Origin: Vulcanimicrobiaceae bacterium
GTDB lineage: Bacteria > Vulcanimicrobiota > Vulcanimicrobiia > Vulcanimicrobiales > Vulcanimicrobiaceae
Length of the DNA: 26,750 bases
Reading direction: 5' to 3'
Assembly: GCA_046262595.1 (NCBI GenBank)
Contig: JBHEMM010000014.1
Location: 12,938 to 39,687, forward strand
Notes under the pieces: model-generated
The model's database searches: none
Seen by the model: the letters and a program-made list of their open reading frames with translations, nothing else
Told to the model about the DNA's origin: nothing
Shown: positions 1 through 8,650 of the stretch, in pieces
Layout of the letters: every line of letters begins with the position of its first letter
How positions within the stretch are numbered: the stretch's first letter is position 1
Program-made: the position numbers and the translations under genes

Positions 1-1044
1 GCGTCCAGCCGGCGCAGCGCGCGCAGGAACACGCGCAGCGCGGCGCGCTCCTCGTCGTCGACGAACAGGATCCGCAGGGGGGCGTCGTCGGCGCGCGCGG
101 CACGCGCGGCGGTCCAAGCGTGCGAGATCGCCGACGCGGTCCACGGCCTGCTCGACGCCCTCGCATACGAACCCCGTTTTGCCGTCCACAACGATTTCGG
201 GAACCGATCCCGTGTTCGCACCCAGTACGGGCGTGCCGCACGCCATCGCCTCGATCATCGTAAGGCCGAACCGTTCCGGCCGGGTCGTCATATGTACCAA
301 GGCTAGGGCGTTGCTCAACAGCTCGTTGCGCGCTTCGCGTTTGACTTCGCCTAAGAATTGAATCTGCTCGCCGTCGATATGCGGTTCGACTTCCGTGCGG
401 AAATACGCATCGTCGTGCGATATGGCGGCGATCTTCAGCTGCCGCCCGCTGCGCTTGGCAATCTCGATTGCGAGATGCGTGCCCTTCTCGGGGTGAAAGC
501 GCCCGAGGAAGACGAGATACTCTCCGGGTTTCGCGGAGAATGTAAACTGCGCGGGGTCGATGCCGTTGTAAGTGGTGGCCAAGTACGCCAGGCCGGGATC
601 GCGGTCCGCATCGCTGATCGAGCAGTAAAAGCTGCGCTGGGCGCACGCGTAATAGGCGGCGAGGATCTGCGGCGTGGAAAAACCGTGAATCGTCGTCAGC
701 ATGGGCGGCGCTGCCGCCGCAAGCGCGTACGTCATCGGCTTCCAGTCGAAGTTGTTGTGGATCAGATCGAAGCGCGAGGCTTGCTGAAAAAGATTTGCGA
801 TGTGCAGCGCCCCGAAGACGTCGCCGTTGAGTGCCGGGTCTTGCGCGCATCCGACCGGCACCACGGACTGCACTGCGCCCTCGAACGCCGAGTTCCCCGT
901 CGCAAACAGCGTGACGTCAAGGCCCCGCCGGCGCATTCCGTCGGCGATGTTGAATGCAACTTGCTCCCAGGGTCCGTATCCGGGGGGCGGCGTCGGCCAA
1001 GTGATGGGCGCGAGCACGGCAACGCGTAAGCCTTGAAGGTTCAC
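1..1044 (-). CDS. Glycosyltransferase family 4 (GT-B) protein, 3' end not resolved in window
   Basis: Absent from the ORF track because there is no stop in the window. Manual translation from GTG at 1044 gives MNLQGLRVAVLAPITWPTPPPGYGPWEQV...FLGRFHPEKG...PERFGLTMIEAMACGTPVLG...VPEIVVDGKTGF, with the E-x-FG-x3-EAMACG GT4 signature. The family-like reading is lost below about nt 90. Confidence 0.9.
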   Translation of the reverse strand, partial: MNLQGLRVAVLAPITWPTPPPGYGPWEQVAFNIADGMRRRGLDVTLFATGNSAFEGAVQSVVPVGCAQDPALNGDVFGALHIANLFQQASRFDLIHNNFDWKPMTYALAAAAPPMLTTIHGFSTPQILAAYYACAQRSFYCSISDADRDPGLAYLATTYNGIDPAQFTFSAKPGEYLVFLGRFHPEKGTHLAIEIAKRSGRQLKIAAISHDDAYFRTEVEPHIDGEQIQFLGEVKREARNELLSNALALVHMTTRPERFGLTMIEAMACGTPVLGANTGSVPEIVVDGKTGFVCEGVEQAVDRVGDLARLDRRACRARRRRPPADPVRRRRGARRAARVPARAAPAGR

Positions 1045-1100
1045 GGCCCTGCTGTTACGCAATCTTTCTTATCGCGCCTTTCACGTTGGAGGGAAAAGCA

Positions 1101-1586
1101 ATGAAGCGTTACTCCGGTCCCGCCGCGCTCTTCGCAGCTGCGGCGCTGCTCTGGCCCGGCTCCGCGTTCGCAAAACCGCCCGTCATGGGCGGCGCGAATC
1201 AAGCGGCGGGCGTGCAAGTGACCTACCCGCACACGGCGTTCAACGGCTCCGTCCGCATCAAGCCCAAATATTTCGGGCCGGCGCGCGCCCAAGACACGAT
1301 TACCGAACAACCCGTAGCCGGAAAAAAGGTCATGGTGTTCGACGCGGTGATCAGCAACGGCCGCACGCAGCCGTACCTGGACGATCCCTCGATTTTGCTC
1401 TCCGACGCGGACGGCATCACGGCCGATACGCGCAGCATTCAGCCGAACGGCATCATTCTGCAGCAAGCTGCGGCTGCGCGGTTATACGTCGTGTTTTGGG
1501 TTGCGGACGGGTTCGTTCCCGATCACATCGTCTATACGTGCCAAAGCGCGCGCTGTAGGCCGATCCGGATCGCGTTCAAACACTAA
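1101..1586 (+). CDS. Secreted hypothetical protein (Sec signal peptide, probably a beta-rich extracellular domain)
   Basis: GGAGGG RBS at 1088-1093 before ATG 1101. Signal peptide MKRYSGPAALFAAAALLWPGSAFA ends in an A-x-A cleavage site. C-terminal CQSARC. Confidence 0.75.
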   Translation: MKRYSGPAALFAAAALLWPGSAFAKPPVMGGANQAAGVQVTYPHTAFNGSVRIKPKYFGPARAQDTITEQPVAGKKVMVFDAVISNGRTQPYLDDPSILLSDADGITADTRSIQPNGIILQQAAAARLYVVFWVADGFVPDHIVYTCQSARCRPIRIAFKH

Positions 1587-2724
1587 CGCCGCCTTTTACG
1601 ACGGCTGCAGGCTCGCGCAACGTTCGCAAATCGCGCGCGATGTCGGCTTGCAGCAACAGAAAATCCGCCGGCTCCCCCGGCGTGAGCGTGCCCGCGTGCA
1701 GGCCGATGAGTTCGGCCGAGACGGCCGTTGCCGCGTGAAGCGCCGCCCGCGCGCTCATGCCGATTTGCGATTGCATGAGCAGCACTTCTTCGGCGTAGTT
1801 CTCGTGAAAGTTGAATGGCGTGCCGGCGTCGGATCCGCCGGCGAAACGTACGCCCGCTTTGAACGCGCGCTGCAGATTTTCCGTCATGCGTTCGCTAATC
1901 TCGCGCGCCTTGCGCACCACCTCCTCGGGCTGCCCGCCGGACTCGGCATGCTCGATGATGCATGCCGGCGCGGTCAAGGTCGGCACCAAAAACACGCGGC
2001 GTTCTTTGAAGAGTGCGATCGATTCATCGTCCAGCAGCATGCCGTGCTCGATCGAGTCGACGCCGCTGCGCAGCGCATCATTGATCCCTTGCGTCCCGAT
2101 AGCATGGGCGGCGACACGCAGGCCGTGGCGATGCGCTTCTGCGCATGCCGCCGTCATCTCGCCCAGCGTCAGCTGCGAGACGCCCGGAACCGCGCCCTTG
2201 GTTAATACGCCTCCGGTGGCGATCAATTTGATGCAGTCGGCGCCCGCGAGCCGCTGTTCGCGTACGGCTTTATGCGCGTCGTCCGTACTGTCCACCGCGC
2301 GCCCGATGGGCCAGCCGTGGCCGCCGGTCATGCACAACACGTTCCCTGCAGCGCGCATGCGGGGCCCGGCGATGCGGCCTTCTTCGATCGCGTCCCGAAC
2401 CGCGATGGCGATGCCCTCGGATGCGCCGAGATCGCGAACGGTCGTGACGCCGGCTTGAAGCGCTTTACGCGCGTTTGCAACCGCGCGCACCATGCGCTGC
2501 ATCGCCGTCACGGTAAGCGCCAGGTTCAGCGGATCCGGCTCGCCGCTCATCTCCAGGTGGACGTGCGCGTTTACCAAGCCGGGCGTAATGCAGGCAGCGC
2601 TGCGATCGCAATCGCCCTGCGCATCGCGGATCTCGCGCACCCTGCCGTCTTCGACGATAAGGTCGGCGTTGCGCCGCGGCTCCTTCGTGGAGCCGTCGTA
2701 GAGAACGCCGGCCCTAAAGATCAA
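1576..2724 (-). CDS. Amidohydrolase superfamily protein (metal-dependent, Xaa-Pro dipeptidase-like subgroup)
   Basis: Motifs PGLVNAHVHL (HxH), AGVTTVRDLG, MTGGHG, IKLIATGGV, VAAHA, SIEHG and GSDAGTP. The start overlaps the stop of the HMG-CoA lyase gene. Confidence 0.9.
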   Translation of the reverse strand: MIFRAGVLYDGSTKEPRRNADLIVEDGRVREIRDAQGDCDRSAACITPGLVNAHVHLEMSGEPDPLNLALTVTAMQRMVRAVANARKALQAGVTTVRDLGASEGIAIAVRDAIEEGRIAGPRMRAAGNVLCMTGGHGWPIGRAVDSTDDAHKAVREQRLAGADCIKLIATGGVLTKGAVPGVSQLTLGEMTAACAEAHRHGLRVAAHAIGTQGINDALRSGVDSIEHGMLLDDESIALFKERRVFLVPTLTAPACIIEHAESGGQPEEVVRKAREISERMTENLQRAFKAGVRFAGGSDAGTPFNFHENYAEEVLLMQSQIGMSARAALHAATAVSAELIGLHAGTLTPGEPADFLLLQADIARDLRTLREPAAVVKGGVSV

Positions 2725-3622
2725 CGGCGCGCTCGAAGGCCTGATACGCCTTACTCGTGAGTTCGTGGCCCAAGACGCCGGAGATGAACCGGGAGGCGTC
2801 GCGCACTTTCTTCATCTCGACGCCCGTTTCGATATTCATGCCGTGCAGAAGGTAGAGCAGGTCTTCCGTGCCCAGATTTCCGGTCGCTCCCGGCGCATAG
2901 GGGCAGCCGCCAAGGCCGCCGCTGCTGGAGTCGAAAATGTGCACGCCGTGCTGCAGGGCCGCATAGACGTTGGCGAGCGCCGTGCCGCGCGTATCGTGGA
3001 AGTGAAGCGCGATTTTCTCCAGCGGAACATCGCGCAGCAATGCGCGGACGAGCTCGTCCACCTGCGTCGGAACGCCCACGCCGATCGTATCGCCGATCGA
3101 GATTTCATCGCAGCCCATGTCCAACAATTTACGCGTCACGTCCGCCACCATTGCGGGCGTCACTTCGTCGCCGAAAGGCGAGCCGAAAGCCGTGGAGACG
3201 TAGCCGCGCACCCACATGGCGTTCGCTTTCGCGTTGCGCACGACGTCGCGGAAGATGTCGATCGATTCATCGACCGTCATGTTGATGTTGCGTTTGGTAA
3301 AGGCTTCGGATGCCGCGGTGAAGACTGCGACGGCATGCGCTCCGGCGGCTTTCGCGCGCTCGAACCCTTTAAGGTTCGGCGTGAGCACGGGGTAGCGCAC
3401 GCCCGGGCGTTTCGCGATGCGTTCGAAAACCTCGGGCGCGTCGGCGAGCTGCGGAATCGCTTTGGGGCTTACGAACGAGGTCGCTTCGATCGTCGTCAGA
3501 CCGCTGAGCGAGAGCAGGTCGATGTAGCGCACTTTGTCGGCGGTTGCTACAAACGCGTGCTCGTTTTGCAGGCCGTCGCGCGCGCCCATTTCACAGATCC
3601 GGACAAACTTGGGAAGGCTCAT
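2714..3622 (-). CDS. liuE: Hydroxymethylglutaryl-CoA lyase
   Basis: Motifs RDGLQNE, EATSFVSPK, HFHDTRG and GGLGGCPYAPGATGN. Start moved to ATG 3622 (MSLPKFVRI), which forms an ATGA overlap with the upstream stop. Confidence 0.93.
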   Translation of the reverse strand: MSLPKFVRICEMGARDGLQNEHAFVATADKVRYIDLLSLSGLTTIEATSFVSPKAIPQLADAPEVFERIAKRPGVRYPVLTPNLKGFERAKAAGAHAVAVFTAASEAFTKRNINMTVDESIDIFRDVVRNAKANAMWVRGYVSTAFGSPFGDEVTPAMVADVTRKLLDMGCDEISIGDTIGVGVPTQVDELVRALLRDVPLEKIALHFHDTRGTALANVYAALQHGVHIFDSSSGGLGGCPYAPGATGNLGTEDLLYLLHGMNIETGVEMKKVRDASRFISGVLGHELTSKAYQAFERAVDL

Positions 3623-4416
3623 ACCGCTACAGAGTGTTCGACGGCCGGCTGCGGTTGCGCTGCGAGAAAACGCGTAACCGCGCGCAACGTCAGCGGCCAA
3701 ACCCGGTCGTTGGCCAGGAAGCCTTTGCTGAGCATGATGAGCGGATCGAAGTGGCCGATGATGTTCATGTGATTCGCGTGCGGGCCGACGATGAAATGCG
3801 CGGGAATGCGGCTGCCGAGCGTCGCGGAGTCGCCCCACACCAGGCCGTCGTTATCGCCGCCGCGCGCCGGGATCAGCCCTGCAATGGCGAGCACCCGCGA
3901 TCCCGGCGGCGCGATCAACGGCTCGCGATCCAGCGTCCAATGATAACTCCCGCGTTTGTTCGGCATCCACCGCCCGCGCGTCCCGTTGAGCCACTCGATG
4001 AACGCCGAGTTCAAGTCCATGTCGGCGAACGACTTATCCGGCGTGCGCAGCATCGCGTGGATCTGGGGCAGCAGCAGCGTCTGGACGCCCCAATTCGGCG
4101 TTGCGACCAGAATGGTGCGGTCAATCTCGCGCGCCCGCTGCGGATACCGGCGTAAAAATCCACGCACGATCAGGCCGCCGAGCGAATACCCGAGCAGCGA
4201 GACGGGAAACGCAGCGCCGCCCTCCCGGAGAGCCGTGATGAAGCGCGCGAAGCGATCGATGCGCTCGTCCAGCGTGTCGTTGTATTCACCGAAGGTGACG
4301 CACGTGACGCCGAACCCGTCGAGCCCGCGCACGAGCGGCGTGCCGCGCCGCAGCAGATCGAAATGTTCGGGCGGTTCGTTGTAGCCCGGAACCAAGACGA
4401 GCGTCTGTGCGCTCAT
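3619..4416 (-). CDS. Alpha/beta-fold hydrolase (lipase/esterase-like)
   Basis: Oxyanion strand VLVPG, nucleophile elbow GYSLG (GxSxG), ATPNWG, NDGLV (catalytic Asp) and ANH (His). ATGA overlaps with both neighbours. Confidence 0.85.
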   Translation of the reverse strand: MSAQTLVLVPGYNEPPEHFDLLRRGTPLVRGLDGFGVTCVTFGEYNDTLDERIDRFARFITALREGGAAFPVSLLGYSLGGLIVRGFLRRYPQRAREIDRTILVATPNWGVQTLLLPQIHAMLRTPDKSFADMDLNSAFIEWLNGTRGRWMPNKRGSYHWTLDREPLIAPPGSRVLAIAGLIPARGGDNDGLVWGDSATLGSRIPAHFIVGPHANHMNIIGHFDPLIMLSKGFLANDRVWPLTLRAVTRFLAAQPQPAVEHSVAV

Positions 4417-6266
4417 TTCACGTCGAGCAGAACGGCGCCGGCGGAAACCATTTGACCTTGCGCAACGTGAATGCTGCCGATCGTGCCGTCAGCGGGAGCC
4501 TCGATGCGGTGCTCCATCTTCATGGCTTCCAAAACCAACAGCAGATCGTGCATTTTAACGGCATCGCCGGGCGCGACGGCGACCTTCGCGATCTTGCCGG
4601 GCATCGGCGCGGTGATGCGTCCGTTCGCAGGCGCCTGCGCGCCGTGCGTCGCGCTTTGCGCGCCCGGCGGATCCGAAAAGCGCACCGGTGCGTCCGTGTG
4701 CGCACCGCGCAGCGCAATATCTCCGGTGTAATCGCCCGTGAGACGCCAAACGCCGGGATCTCCCGTTGCCTGCGCCTCCATGACGACATCCGCGCCGCCG
4801 ATCTGCAAACGCAGCGGAATTCCGACGCCGCCGATCCGCCACGGCGCGCTTCCTTCGCGCAGGATCTTCGCCGCGGCGTTCGCCAGTTCTTGGGCGCCCG
4901 GTGCTGCACCGCGCGAAAAAATCGCTTCGTCCAAACGCTCGCTCAGAAAGCTCGTCGTCGTGTCGCCGGCGCGGAACGCTTCATCGCGCGCGATCCAAAG
5001 CAGCAGCGGGACGTTGGCGCGAATTCCTTCGATGCGGAAGTCTTCCAGCGCGCGCGTCAGGCGCGCGATTGCCGCGGCGCGATCTTCGCCCGAGACGATC
5101 AGTTTGGCGAGCATCGGATCGTAGTATACCGGAACCTCGCTGTCCGTCTGCACACCGGAATCGACGCGGATGCCGGGCCCCTGCGGCGGATGCCACGCGG
5201 TAATGGTCCCGGTCGAAGGAAGCAAGTGATTCGCCGGATCTTCAGCGTAAACGCGCGTCTCGATCGCCCACCCGCGCGGGCGCACCGCCTCCTGCGCGAT
5301 CGTCAAACGTTCGCCGTTTGCGATGCGCAGCTGCCAGTGCACCAAGTCGACTCCGTACGCGAGTTCCGTTACCGGATGCTCCACCTGCAAACGCGCGTTC
5401 ATCTCGAGGAAATAAAACGCGCCGTTTTCGTCCAGCATGAACTCGCACGTGCCCGCGTTGACATAGGCCGCCGCTTGCGCGGCGCGTACGGCAGCAGTGC
5501 CCATACGCTGCCGCAATTCGGGACTCAGCGCGACCGAGGGCGCCTCTTCCACGATTTTCTGATGGCGGCGCTGAATGGAACATTCGCGCTCACCCAGATG
5601 AATGGTATTGCCGTGCGCGTCCGCGAGAATTTGAAATTCGATATGACGCGGCCGGCGCAGATAGCGTTCGAGCAGCACGGCATCGTCGCCGAACGCCGCC
5701 AGCGCCTCGCGTTTCGCGGCTTCCAGCGCCTCTTCGAAACGATCCGCGCTCTCGACGACGCGCATGCCGCGTCCGCCGCCGCCGGCGCTGGCTTTTATGA
5801 GCAGCGGGAAACCGGCGGACACGGCCTCCACCCTTAAGCGCTGCAGCGATTGGTCATCGCCGTCGTATCCCGGAACCACGGGAACGTCAAAAGCGCGTAC
5901 CCGGCGCTTGGCTTCGATCTTGCTGCCCATCGCTGCCATCGATTCCGGCGGCGGCCCAACGAAGATCATGCCGGCATCGAGCACGGCTTGCGCGAACTCC
6001 GCGCGCTCGGAAAGAAAACCGTAGCCCGGATGGACCGCATCCGCCCGCATGCTTTTCGCTGCTGCGATCACCGAGGCGATGTCGAGGTACGATTCCGCCG
6101 CCGGCGCGGGCCCAACGCACTGCGCTTCCTGCATAAACTGCAGATGATACGCGTTCTCGTCGGCTTGCGAATAGATGCCCAGCGGCACGATGCCCATCTC
6201 GCGGGCGCCGCGCGCGACGCGTACGGCAATTTCGCCGCGGTTCGCGATTAGCAGGCGTTGAATCAA
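4413..6266 (-). CDS. liuD: Acyl-CoA carboxylase alpha subunit (biotin carboxylase + biotin carrier), most likely 3-methylcrotonyl-CoA carboxylase
   Basis: Motifs LIANRGEIA, HPGYGFLSE, GGGGRGMR, ERECSIQRRHQK, EMNARLQVEHPVTE and the biotinylation motif EAMKM. Context with the hydratase and HMG-CoA lyase supports the specificity call. Confidence 0.9.
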   Translation of the reverse strand: MIQRLLIANRGEIAVRVARGAREMGIVPLGIYSQADENAYHLQFMQEAQCVGPAPAAESYLDIASVIAAAKSMRADAVHPGYGFLSERAEFAQAVLDAGMIFVGPPPESMAAMGSKIEAKRRVRAFDVPVVPGYDGDDQSLQRLRVEAVSAGFPLLIKASAGGGGRGMRVVESADRFEEALEAAKREALAAFGDDAVLLERYLRRPRHIEFQILADAHGNTIHLGERECSIQRRHQKIVEEAPSVALSPELRQRMGTAAVRAAQAAAYVNAGTCEFMLDENGAFYFLEMNARLQVEHPVTELAYGVDLVHWQLRIANGERLTIAQEAVRPRGWAIETRVYAEDPANHLLPSTGTITAWHPPQGPGIRVDSGVQTDSEVPVYYDPMLAKLIVSGEDRAAAIARLTRALEDFRIEGIRANVPLLLWIARDEAFRAGDTTTSFLSERLDEAIFSRGAAPGAQELANAAAKILREGSAPWRIGGVGIPLRLQIGGADVVMEAQATGDPGVWRLTGDYTGDIALRGAHTDAPVRFSDPPGAQSATHGAQAPANGRITAPMPGKIAKVAVAPGDAVKMHDLLLVLEAMKMEHRIEAPADGTIGSIHVAQGQMVSAGAVLLDVK

Positions 6267-7048
6267 GCGATCCAGTTCGCTTTTCGCCGCTCAAGAAAGG
6301 CGCGCAAGCCCTCTTGGCCTTCCGGCGAGGTGCGTTGCTTGGCGATGGCCTGCGCGGTGAGCTCGCGCGAGTCGTCATACGATGATGCGGCGACAAGCGG
6401 AATCAACGCCTTTGCCGCGCCCACCGCATTGGGCCCCGCGCTCATTATCTCGTCCGCAACGCGCTCGATGCACACGTCCAGCGTGTCGGCGACGACGACT
6501 TCATGCACGAGGCCGATGTGAAACGCGCGTTTGGCGTCAAAGCGTTCGCCGGTGAAGAAGAGTGCGCGCGCGTGCGTGACACCGATTTTTGCCAGCACGA
6601 ACGGCGAGATGACGGCGGGAATGATGCCGAGCTTGACTTCGGTAAAACCGAAGACGGTCTCCGAGCCGGCGATGACGATGTCGCACACCGCCGCGAGCCC
6701 GGCGCCGCCGCCGAGCGCCGCGCCATGGATGCGGCCGATCACGGGCTTGGGGCAGCGGTCGATGCAGCGGAACAGCTCCGACATGGCGCGTGCATCGGCA
6801 ACGTTGTCGTCGTACGAGAGATCGAGCGAGCCGCGCATCCACGAAATGTCCGCTCCGCCGCAGAAGGTTTTGCCCTCGCCCGATAAGACGATGGCGCGCA
6901 CGGAGCCGTCGGAAGCGAGCGATTCGAAAGTCTCGCGCAGCCGGGCAACGAGCTCGGCGTTGAAGGCGTTGCGAACGTCCGGACGGTTGAGCCGCACGGT
7001 CGCGAGCGGGCCTTCCTGTGAGAGGTGAAGTATTGGTTCGCTTGCCAT
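6263..7048 (-). CDS. liuC: Enoyl-CoA hydratase family protein, likely methylglutaconyl-CoA hydratase
   Basis: Motifs LNRPDVRNAF, FCGGADISWM, ALGGGAGL and EVKLGIIPAVISP. Stop overlaps the carboxylase start. Start is 7048 or 7063. Confidence 0.88.
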   Translation of the reverse strand: MASEPILHLSQEGPLATVRLNRPDVRNAFNAELVARLRETFESLASDGSVRAIVLSGEGKTFCGGADISWMRGSLDLSYDDNVADARAMSELFRCIDRCPKPVIGRIHGAALGGGAGLAAVCDIVIAGSETVFGFTEVKLGIIPAVISPFVLAKIGVTHARALFFTGERFDAKRAFHIGLVHEVVVADTLDVCIERVADEIMSAGPNAVGAAKALIPLVAASSYDDSRELTAQAIAKQRTSPEGQEGLRAFLERRKANWIA

Positions 7049-7096
7049 GGCGGGGGCGTTCATTCGGTGCCCGATCCAAAGCGGCCTCGCGTGCGT

Positions 7097-7102
7097 TATC
7101 AT
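7097..7102 (+). promoter_or_regulatory. Putative -10 box (TATCAT) of a leaderless-type promoter
   Basis: TANNNT hexamer 4 nt before ATG 7107 (7 nt before GTG 7110), with no SD sequence. Confidence 0.4.
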
Positions 7103-7106
7103 GTCA

Positions 7107-7913
7107 ATGGTGCACGAACCTCGAACGGTCTACCGTCACTCGCTCGCCACGCGCCTTACGCATTGGTTCTTTTCTATCGCGTTTCTGGCACTGATCAGCA
7201 GCGGGCTGCAGATCTTCAACGCTGCGCCGTACCTGGACGCCTCCGATAAGACGGATGTGCACCGGCGCGTCCTGGCAATCGGCTCACCCCGGGAAGGCAC
7301 CGGCGTGACGGCGATCGGCGGGCTATCCTTTACGACCTCGGGCTGGCTCGGCTGGACACCTGACGGCATGGGCGGCATGGGGGCGCGCGCGTTCCCCTCT
7401 TGGCTTACCATTCCGGCGTATCAGTCGCTCGCGGACGGGCGGCGCTGGCATTTCTTTTTTGCGTGGATCATGATCGGGTGCGGCCTCGTCTACGTCGTTT
7501 GCGCGTTCGCGCGCCGCGATCTCTCCGAGCTGGTCTTGCGGCCGTCGGACGTGCCCAAAATTGTACCGATGCAGCTCTACTATTCGCGTTTACGCAAAGA
7601 CCCGCCGCCGCACGGAAAATACAATCCGCTGCAAAAAGCTGCCTACACCACCGTGCTGTTCGCCTTCGCGCCGCTAATGGTCCTCAGCGGCCTCGCGCTC
7701 TCGCCCGGATTCGATGCATGGATGCCGTGGCTCCCGCACGTGCTGGGCGGAAGGCAATTCGCTCGCCTGTGGCATTTTGTTGCCATGATTGCGCTGACCG
7801 GTTTTCTTCTAGCGCACGTCGTTTTAGTGCTCACGACCGGTGCGTCCAACCATCTGCGCTCGATGGTGACAGGGTATTACCGCTTGGGCGCGCACGACGG
7901 GACCGGCGTATGA
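7107..7913 (+). CDS. Membrane cytochrome b/b6-domain protein (Ni-hydrogenase cyt b / YdhU-like), partner of the downstream molybdoenzyme
   Basis: Motifs RHSLATRLTHW, SGLQIFNA, RRWHFFFAW, KYNPLQK and ARLWHF...LAHV, with several TM segments carrying His ligands. Confidence 0.88.
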   Translation: MVHEPRTVYRHSLATRLTHWFFSIAFLALISSGLQIFNAAPYLDASDKTDVHRRVLAIGSPREGTGVTAIGGLSFTTSGWLGWTPDGMGGMGARAFPSWLTIPAYQSLADGRRWHFFFAWIMIGCGLVYVVCAFARRDLSELVLRPSDVPKIVPMQLYYSRLRKDPPPHGKYNPLQKAAYTTVLFAFAPLMVLSGLALSPGFDAWMPWLPHVLGGRQFARLWHFVAMIALTGFLLAHVVLVLTTGASNHLRSMVTGYYRLGAHDGTGV

Positions 7914-8650
7914 AACGCAAGATGTTTTTGGCAACCGGCCTTTCCGCGGCTTTGACCGCCTGCGCGCCGATCGGCACGAAACTCAATGAGAACACGGCCT
8001 TTCACCGTCTCCTGGAATCGGCGGAAGGTTTGGATGCGGCCGCCATCGGAACGCGCGGGCGTGCGGTGTTATACAAGCCCGCCGACATTTCGTCCGATTT
8101 TCCGATCGACTCGCTCGACACCCCGGCGGATTCGGCGTACGAAGCAATGCGGCACGATGCGTTTTCGCGTTACAAACTGGTGGTTGACGGCGCCGCCGAG
8201 CGGCCGCAGGCATTCTCGCTCGGGCAGCTGCGCGCGATGATGAACGTTGACGAGGTTACACGCCACGACTGCGTCGAAGGCTGGAGCGCGATAGCGCAGT
8301 GGCAGGGCGTGCGGCTCTCCTCCGTGCTCGCGATGGCGCAGCCGCGCGCCGGTGCGCGGTACGTCGTTTTCCACAGCTTCGATCGGGATGCCAGCGGCGT
8401 GCCGTATTACGAAAGTTTGAGTCTCGAACAGGCGGCGCATCCGCAGACGATTCTCGCGCTCATGCAGAACGGCAAACCCATCGCGCCGGACCGCGGCGCG
8501 CCCGTGCGTTTAAAAGTGCCGACTCAGCTGGGATACAAAAGCGCGAAATGGGTCGCGCGCATCGAGATTGCCGCTTCATTGCAACCGCTGGGTTCGGGCA
8601 AGGGCGGCTACTGGGAAGATCAGGGGTACGAATGGTTCGCTGGTATGTAA
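7910..8650 (+). CDS. Molybdopterin-dependent oxidoreductase (sulfite oxidase family, MsrP/YedY-like), probable lipoprotein
   Basis: Motifs RHDCVEGWS (Mo-ligating Cys), HPQTILA and GAPVRLKVPTQLGYKSAKW, ending GYWEDQGYEWFAG. Real start is ATG 7910 (ATGA overlap). Lipobox LTAC. Confidence 0.9.
   Translation: MKRKMFLATGLSAALTACAPIGTKLNENTAFHRLLESAEGLDAAAIGTRGRAVLYKPADISSDFPIDSLDTPADSAYEAMRHDAFSRYKLVVDGAAERPQAFSLGQLRAMMNVDEVTRHDCVEGWSAIAQWQGVRLSSVLAMAQPRAGARYVVFHSFDRDASGVPYYESLSLEQAAHPQTILALMQNGKPIAPDRGAPVRLKVPTQLGYKSAKWVARIEIAASLQPLGSGKGGYWEDQGYEWFAGM

Noticed and set aside
358..1029. 223-aa plus-strand ORF
   Set aside because: It is the antisense shadow of the GT4 gene, which has clear family motifs on the minus strand.
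2765..3772. 335-aa plus-strand ORF
   Set aside because: It is antisense to the HMG-CoA lyase gene and has no recognisable motifs, as is typical of high-GC shadow ORFs.
4407..5837. 476-aa plus-strand ORF
   Set aside because: It is antisense to the biotin carboxylase gene, with an Arg-rich shadow composition.
7400..7909. Long N-terminal extension of the Mo-enzyme ORF, which could suggest a fusion or frameshift
   Set aside because: It overlaps the cytochrome b gene out of frame. The ATGA-coupled start at 7910 gives a normal signal peptide.
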